The notes under the pieces were generated by a model. The model was given only the letters and a program-made list of their open reading frames with translations, was not told where the DNA came from and searched no databases. A program made the translations under genes and the position numbers. A stretch of 62,002 bases of DNA, counting the filler, from Sandaracinaceae bacterium (GTDB lineage Bacteria > Myxococcota_A > Polyangia > Polyangiales > JADJQN01), in the NCBI GenBank assembly GCA_947483975.1. It is 6 parts of 6 records of this genome, joined end to end, with 100 filler letters (N's around TTAATTAATTAA, not from the genome) between each part and the next. Parts side by side here need not be neighbours in the genome. Positions count along the whole stretch, not along the records: positions 51,841 to 62,002 come from CANKOL010000179.1; 5 more parts are not named here. The stretch is one strand, 5' to 3'. Of the stretch, positions 58,135-62,002 are shown one piece after another (position 1 is the stretch's first letter; each line of letters opens with the position of its first letter).

Positions 58135-59607
58135 TCAGCCTGCGAGCGGCTCGGGGGGCGCGCTCGACATGCGCCGCTCGGGGAGGGTGAGCGTCACCGT
58201 CGTGCCCGAGCCGTGCCCGCTGTCGATCTCGATGGTGCCGCCGTGCGCGCGCGCGATGCGCTCGACGATGGCGAGCCCGAGCCCCGTGCCGCTCGGGCGC
58301 GTCGTGAAGAACGGGTCACGCGCCTTGCTGCGTACCAGCGTGTCCATGCCCTCGCCGGTGTCGCGGAACGTCAGCGCGACGGCGCGATCGGCACCGTTGA
58401 TGACGTGACTGACCCGCACAGTCAGCGTGCCGCCTCCGGGCATCGCCTGCATCGCGTTCTCGGCGATGTTGACGAGCGCCTGCCGCAGCAAGTCGGGGTC
58501 GCAGGCGACGTGCGACGGTCCGTGCTCGAAGTCGACGTCGAGCTCGATCGTCGCCGTCGAGCGTCCTCCCGCCCGCGCTAGCTCGATGGCGTGCGTGACG
58601 AGATCGGCGATCAGCACCTCGCGGCTCTGCGGCGTCACAGGGCGCGCGAAGGCGAGCAGGTCGGTGACCAGCCTGTTCAGGCGCTCCGTCTCTTCGTCGA
58701 GGATCCCGAGCAGCACCGTCCGGTCGCGCGCCGCCAGCTCCGGTCGGCGCAGCCCGCTCGCCGCGTTCTTGATGATGGCGAGCGGGTTACGGACCTCGTG
58801 CGCGATCACCGCCGAGAGCTCTCCGACGAGCGCGAGCTGCTCGCGCGCGAGGAGCTCCGCCTGCGTGTGCCGGAGATCGTTGTAGCTCGCGTGCAGCTCG
58901 CGCGTGCGCGCCTCGAGCTCCTTGCTCGTCCGCACGAAGCGCCCGAGCAGCAGCGAGCTCATCGCGATGCTCGACGCGATCCCGACGTGCTCGACCATGT
59001 ACAGCGTGCGCATGCCCGTCAGCTGCGCGAAGACGTCGTGCCCACCGCCGAGCAGCCACAGCAGCGTCGTCGCCATCAAGACGCGCGCATCGCGGTTCCC
59101 TCTGCCGTGCCGGGCGAGCAGCACCATCGCATAGGCGATGAACAGCAGCGTGACGCCCGCCCAAAGGACGCCCGTGATGAGCAGCGCGGGGTCGTGATAC
59201 GCGGGCGCCCACGCGAAGCCCCAGGTGCCGCTCGGCTCCGGGGTCGACGCGTCGAAGAACAGCCCGCTCAGGTTCGCGGCGAGCCCGATCAGCGACCACG
59301 CATAGGCGAAGCGCACCGCCCGCCGCCCCGCGAGGCCGAGCACTCGGTGGATGAAGTCGAGGTAGAAGCCGACGGCGAGCGTCGCGCCCGACCACTGCAC
59401 GATGCACGCGCGCGTACCTGCGGCGAGGTCACTCGCGTCCGCGTCGAAGGCGGAGCCGATCGTGTAGAGCGCGAGCGCCGCCGACATCGCGCCGAACGCG
59501 AGGTACTCGCGATCGGTCTGCCTGCGTGCGAAGAGCAGCAGATAGTAGAGCGCGAGGTAGGCGTGGAGGCTCGCCCAAGCGATGCTGACCGTGGCGAGCG
59601 GAGACAT
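58135..59607 (-). CDS. Sensor histidine kinase with a 7TM N-terminus
   Basis: AHEVRNPL H-box, NAMQA, DTGEG, FFTT, GTGLGL. Confidence 0.92.
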   Translation of the reverse strand: MSPLATVSIAWASLHAYLALYYLLLFARRQTDREYLAFGAMSAALALYTIGSAFDADASDLAAGTRACIVQWSGATLAVGFYLDFIHRVLGLAGRRAVRFAYAWSLIGLAANLSGLFFDASTPEPSGTWGFAWAPAYHDPALLITGVLWAGVTLLFIAYAMVLLARHGRGNRDARVLMATTLLWLLGGGHDVFAQLTGMRTLYMVEHVGIASSIAMSSLLLGRFVRTSKELEARTRELHASYNDLRHTQAELLAREQLALVGELSAVIAHEVRNPLAIIKNAASGLRRPELAARDRTVLLGILDEETERLNRLVTDLLAFARPVTPQSREVLIADLVTHAIELARAGGRSTATIELDVDFEHGPSHVACDPDLLRQALVNIAENAMQAMPGGGTLTVRVSHVINGADRAVALTFRDTGEGMDTLVRSKARDPFFTTRPSGTGLGLAIVERIARAHGGTIEIDSGHGSGTTVTLTLPERRMSSAPPEPLAG

Positions 59608-59692
59608 CGCGTCGGAAGGTACCACCCTTCGCCTCGACGCGGCTCACGTCGGTTGTTTGCCGACGGGACGCTCGCCGCCGTACGCTACGCCC

Positions 59693-60415
59693 ATGCGGCG
59701 CGCGCTCGTCCTCACATTCTGCCTCGTGCTTGCGGGCTTCCCCCTCTGGGCGAGCGCACAGGACCCCGGCGCTCCTGCGGTCTCCGCGGATGCGCAGCCT
59801 TCGACGCTGCCCGCCGACCCAGGCTACGTCGGCGTCGTGCCGGGGCGCGCGAGCGTGCCTTCCCACCTCCGAGGGCGTCCGGGGGCGACCCCGACGATCG
59901 TCACCTGGCCGGGGTTTCAGCCGCGCGCGGACGGCGCGTCGCGCTTCTTCCTGCAGCTGACCTCGCGCGTGCAGTACGACGTTCGCTCGGAGCCGGGGCG
60001 CGTCGTCGTCACGCTGCACGGCGTGCGCATCCCTGACCGGCAGACTCGCCGCGTGCTCGAGACGAGCTACTTCAACACCCCGGTCACGCGCGCGCGCGTC
60101 GAGCGCAGCGGACGGCGCGATATCGCGTTCGTCTTCGACCTTCGCGCCGCCGCGACGCCGGTCGTGAGCCTCGACGCGGACGCGGACGGCTACACCTTCG
60201 TGTACGTCGAATTCCCCTCGGGCAGCTGGCTGCCGCGCGAGGCCGCTCCGGTGGCGACCGTCGGACAGCTCGGCTCCGTGTCCGCGGGCAACGCAGCGCC
60301 GTCTGCTCCGCAGCAGCCCAACGAGCCCTCGAGCGCAGGCTCCGAGCGCGGCTGGGTCGATCCCGAGCGCCCACCCGGCGTGGTCCCTGCGGGCTCGCGT
60401 CGCGGCCCGCAGTAA
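59693..60415 (+). CDS. Secreted AMIN-like domain protein
   Basis: Signal peptide, TWPGFQ, SRFFLQL, ETSYFNTPV. Confidence 0.6.
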   Translation: MRRALVLTFCLVLAGFPLWASAQDPGAPAVSADAQPSTLPADPGYVGVVPGRASVPSHLRGRPGATPTIVTWPGFQPRADGASRFFLQLTSRVQYDVRSEPGRVVVTLHGVRIPDRQTRRVLETSYFNTPVTRARVERSGRRDIAFVFDLRAAATPVVSLDADADGYTFVYVEFPSGSWLPREAAPVATVGQLGSVSAGNAAPSAPQQPNEPSSAGSERGWVDPERPPGVVPAGSRRGPQ

Positions 60416-60418
60416 GCC

Positions 60419-62002
60419 CTACGGCCTGCGGGGCTGCGCTGCCTCGCCCGCCTCGGGTCCATCGACCTGGAAGGGCGCCCACAAGATCTGCGCGCGGGCG
60501 TACGCGCCGCTGCGCTCGTAGCCGACGAGCCCGTAGAGGACCTTCCACCAGCTGTCGCCGACGGAATTCCCGCCGACAGAGAACAGCGGGAAGAAGTGGA
60601 ATTCCCAGGAAGACACGCCGCGCGACTTGCTCGTGTGCCAGTACGCGTTGAGCGTCAGTTGGCTCACGGTGTCGCGCGTGCGGAACCTCCAGAACACCGG
60701 GAAGACCACCGTCGCGCGCGTGTCGGTCTCGTCGTTCTCGAAGTCCCAGTAGATCGGCGCGATGACGAGGTGCCGGCTCGTCCGCGCGCTCGTCGAGTAC
60801 ACGAGCGGGTGGATGTTGAAGGTCGACGAGGTCTCGTTGTGTGAGAGCTGGATCGTCGGGAAGATCCACGTCGCTGCGGCGTCGCGAGTGTGGCTGCGCC
60901 AGTGGGCGGCGACGGGCGTGACGTAGGTGTCGAAGCGCCCGCGCTCGCCGATGTGCGCGTAGAACGGGAGCACGACGGTGGTCGACGCGGCGGGCGTGCG
61001 GTGGTGGAAGAAGAGCGGCGGGATCAGCAGGTTGAAGCTCTGCTCGCGGTCGTCGCCCCACGCGAAGACGAACGGCGCGACGGAGTCGTAGTAGGTGTCG
61101 CCGCGGTGCCGCTGGTAGACCGGCGTGACCAGCGTCTGCTTGCCGTGCACGTCGAAGTAGCCGCCGAGCGGCGTGATCAGGCGGGTGTCGCCGCTGCCGC
61201 TCGTGCCCTCGGCGGGCGCGGTGTGCGAGTAGTGAAAGAGCAGCGGCGGGATCGTCAGCGACGTCGTGCGCGCGTCGTGGAAATGATGCAGCAGGGGCGC
61301 GACGCCCCAGTACGCGGAGTCTGGCGTCGTGTGGACGTAGACCGGCGGCACGACGGTCGTCGCGCTGTGATCTTCGCGGTTCTCGAAGCGGAAGAAGAAC
61401 GGCGGCACGACCCCGGTGAAGCGCGTGTCGCTGCTGAAGAACCACGCGAGCGGGAAGATGCCCCAGCTCACGTCGCCACCAGAGCGAACGCGCCAGAAGG
61501 GGCCCGCGAAGGTGTGCGCGGCTTCGTCGTCGGCCCACGACACGGTGAGGAGCGGCGGCAGCACGGTGTAGACCGTGTGCCCGCTGCGACCCGTGAAGAC
61601 GAGCGGCGCGATGCCGAAGTCGAAGCCGTCTGCGCCCGAGTGCAGGTACACGGGCGGCACGGCCCACGAGCTATCCGTCGCGCCTCGGAACGACCAGAAA
61701 AACGGGAAGACGACGTCAGCGTCGCCCCCACGGCCGCGCCGCTGGTAGTACGGCCCGGCGAGCAGCTGGTGGTCAGTCGCCGTCTGTCGGTCGAAGACCA
61801 GCGGGAACACGGCGATCGTGCGCACGCCCGCGCGCCGCTCGATCATCAGCGGCGGGACCACGAGTCGATAGGTGTCGCTCGGGTCTGCGGGCGCCTGCGC
61901 GTAGGAGACCGTCGTGCCACCGGTCGACGCCGCAGCGGCCGCAGCCCCAGCCGCGCTCTCGACGCTGCCAGCCGGAGCGTCGTCGCCCTCGGCGGGCTCC
62001 GC
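60419..62002 (-). CDS. Hypothetical protein with many aromatic PxF/PxFW repeats; 5' end outside the window
   Basis: Frame stays open to the window edge; repeated FPFFW, PPLLF and FPVFW units. Confidence 0.7.
   Translation of the reverse strand, partial: AEPAEGDDAPAGSVESAAGAAAAAASTGGTTVSYAQAPADPSDTYRLVVPPLMIERRAGVRTIAVFPLVFDRQTATDHQLLAGPYYQRRGRGGDADVVFPFFWSFRGATDSSWAVPPVYLHSGADGFDFGIAPLVFTGRSGHTVYTVLPPLLTVSWADDEAAHTFAGPFWRVRSGGDVSWGIFPLAWFFSSDTRFTGVVPPFFFRFENREDHSATTVVPPVYVHTTPDSAYWGVAPLLHHFHDARTTSLTIPPLLFHYSHTAPAEGTSGSGDTRLITPLGGYFDVHGKQTLVTPVYQRHRGDTYYDSVAPFVFAWGDDREQSFNLLIPPLFFHHRTPAASTTVVLPFYAHIGERGRFDTYVTPVAAHWRSHTRDAAATWIFPTIQLSHNETSSTFNIHPLVYSTSARTSRHLVIAPIYWDFENDETDTRATVVFPVFWRFRTRDTVSQLTLNAYWHTSKSRGVSSWEFHFFPLFSVGGNSVGDSWWKVLYGLVGYERSGAYARAQILWAPFQVDGPEAGEAAQPRRP

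Noticed and set aside
41560..62002. Sulfur/glutathione cluster linking ggt with the sulfatase-like gene and cbs
   Set aside because: ggt lies on a different contig from the other two, so the proximity is an artefact of concatenation.

Overview
Very GC-rich bacterial DNA whose gene content (MYXO-CTERM-like tails, CNGxDDxC motifs, Ser/Thr kinase, DUF4388-type regulator, DxDxDG-repeat/VWA lipoprotein) points to Myxococcota, probably Polyangia; the taxonomy is inferred. The window is not one locus. It is six contigs of about 10 kb joined by 100-nt artificial linkers (N44-TTAATTAATTAA-N44) in decreasing size order, so adjacency across linkers is meaningless. Contig 1 (1-10431): envelope and surface proteins, including a GT87-like glycosyltransferase, a DAG kinase, a Ca-repeat/VWA lipoprotein and an M23 peptidase with FG-GAP repeats. 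Contig 2 (10532-20826): a Ser/Thr kinase, then an accessory hotspot with two DUF1566 genes, a 41-nt palindromic tandem array, an orphan 56-nt copy of a DUF1566 3' end, attC-like remnants and two toxin-antitoxin pairs, followed by the glyoxylate shunt with a long ICL2-type isocitrate lyase. Contig 3 (20927-31172): secA, fur and an uncharacterised five-gene TPR/DUF6620-like/Zn-ribbon cluster. Contig 4 (31273-41459): glycosyltransferases and a split pse-like nonulosonic acid cluster. Contig 5 (41560-51740): three tRNAs (His-GTG, Arg-TCG, Lys-CTT), ggt, a phosphoesterase and a probable group II intron 5' end at the contig break. Contig 6 (51841-62002): sulfatase-like protein, PHP hydrolase, cystathionine beta-synthase, histidine kinase and AMIN protein. 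The best candidates for undescribed biology are the 11.7-16 kb hotspot, the 27-31 kb cluster and the orphan gene inside the pse cluster. All family assignments come from motifs recognised by eye; no searches were run.
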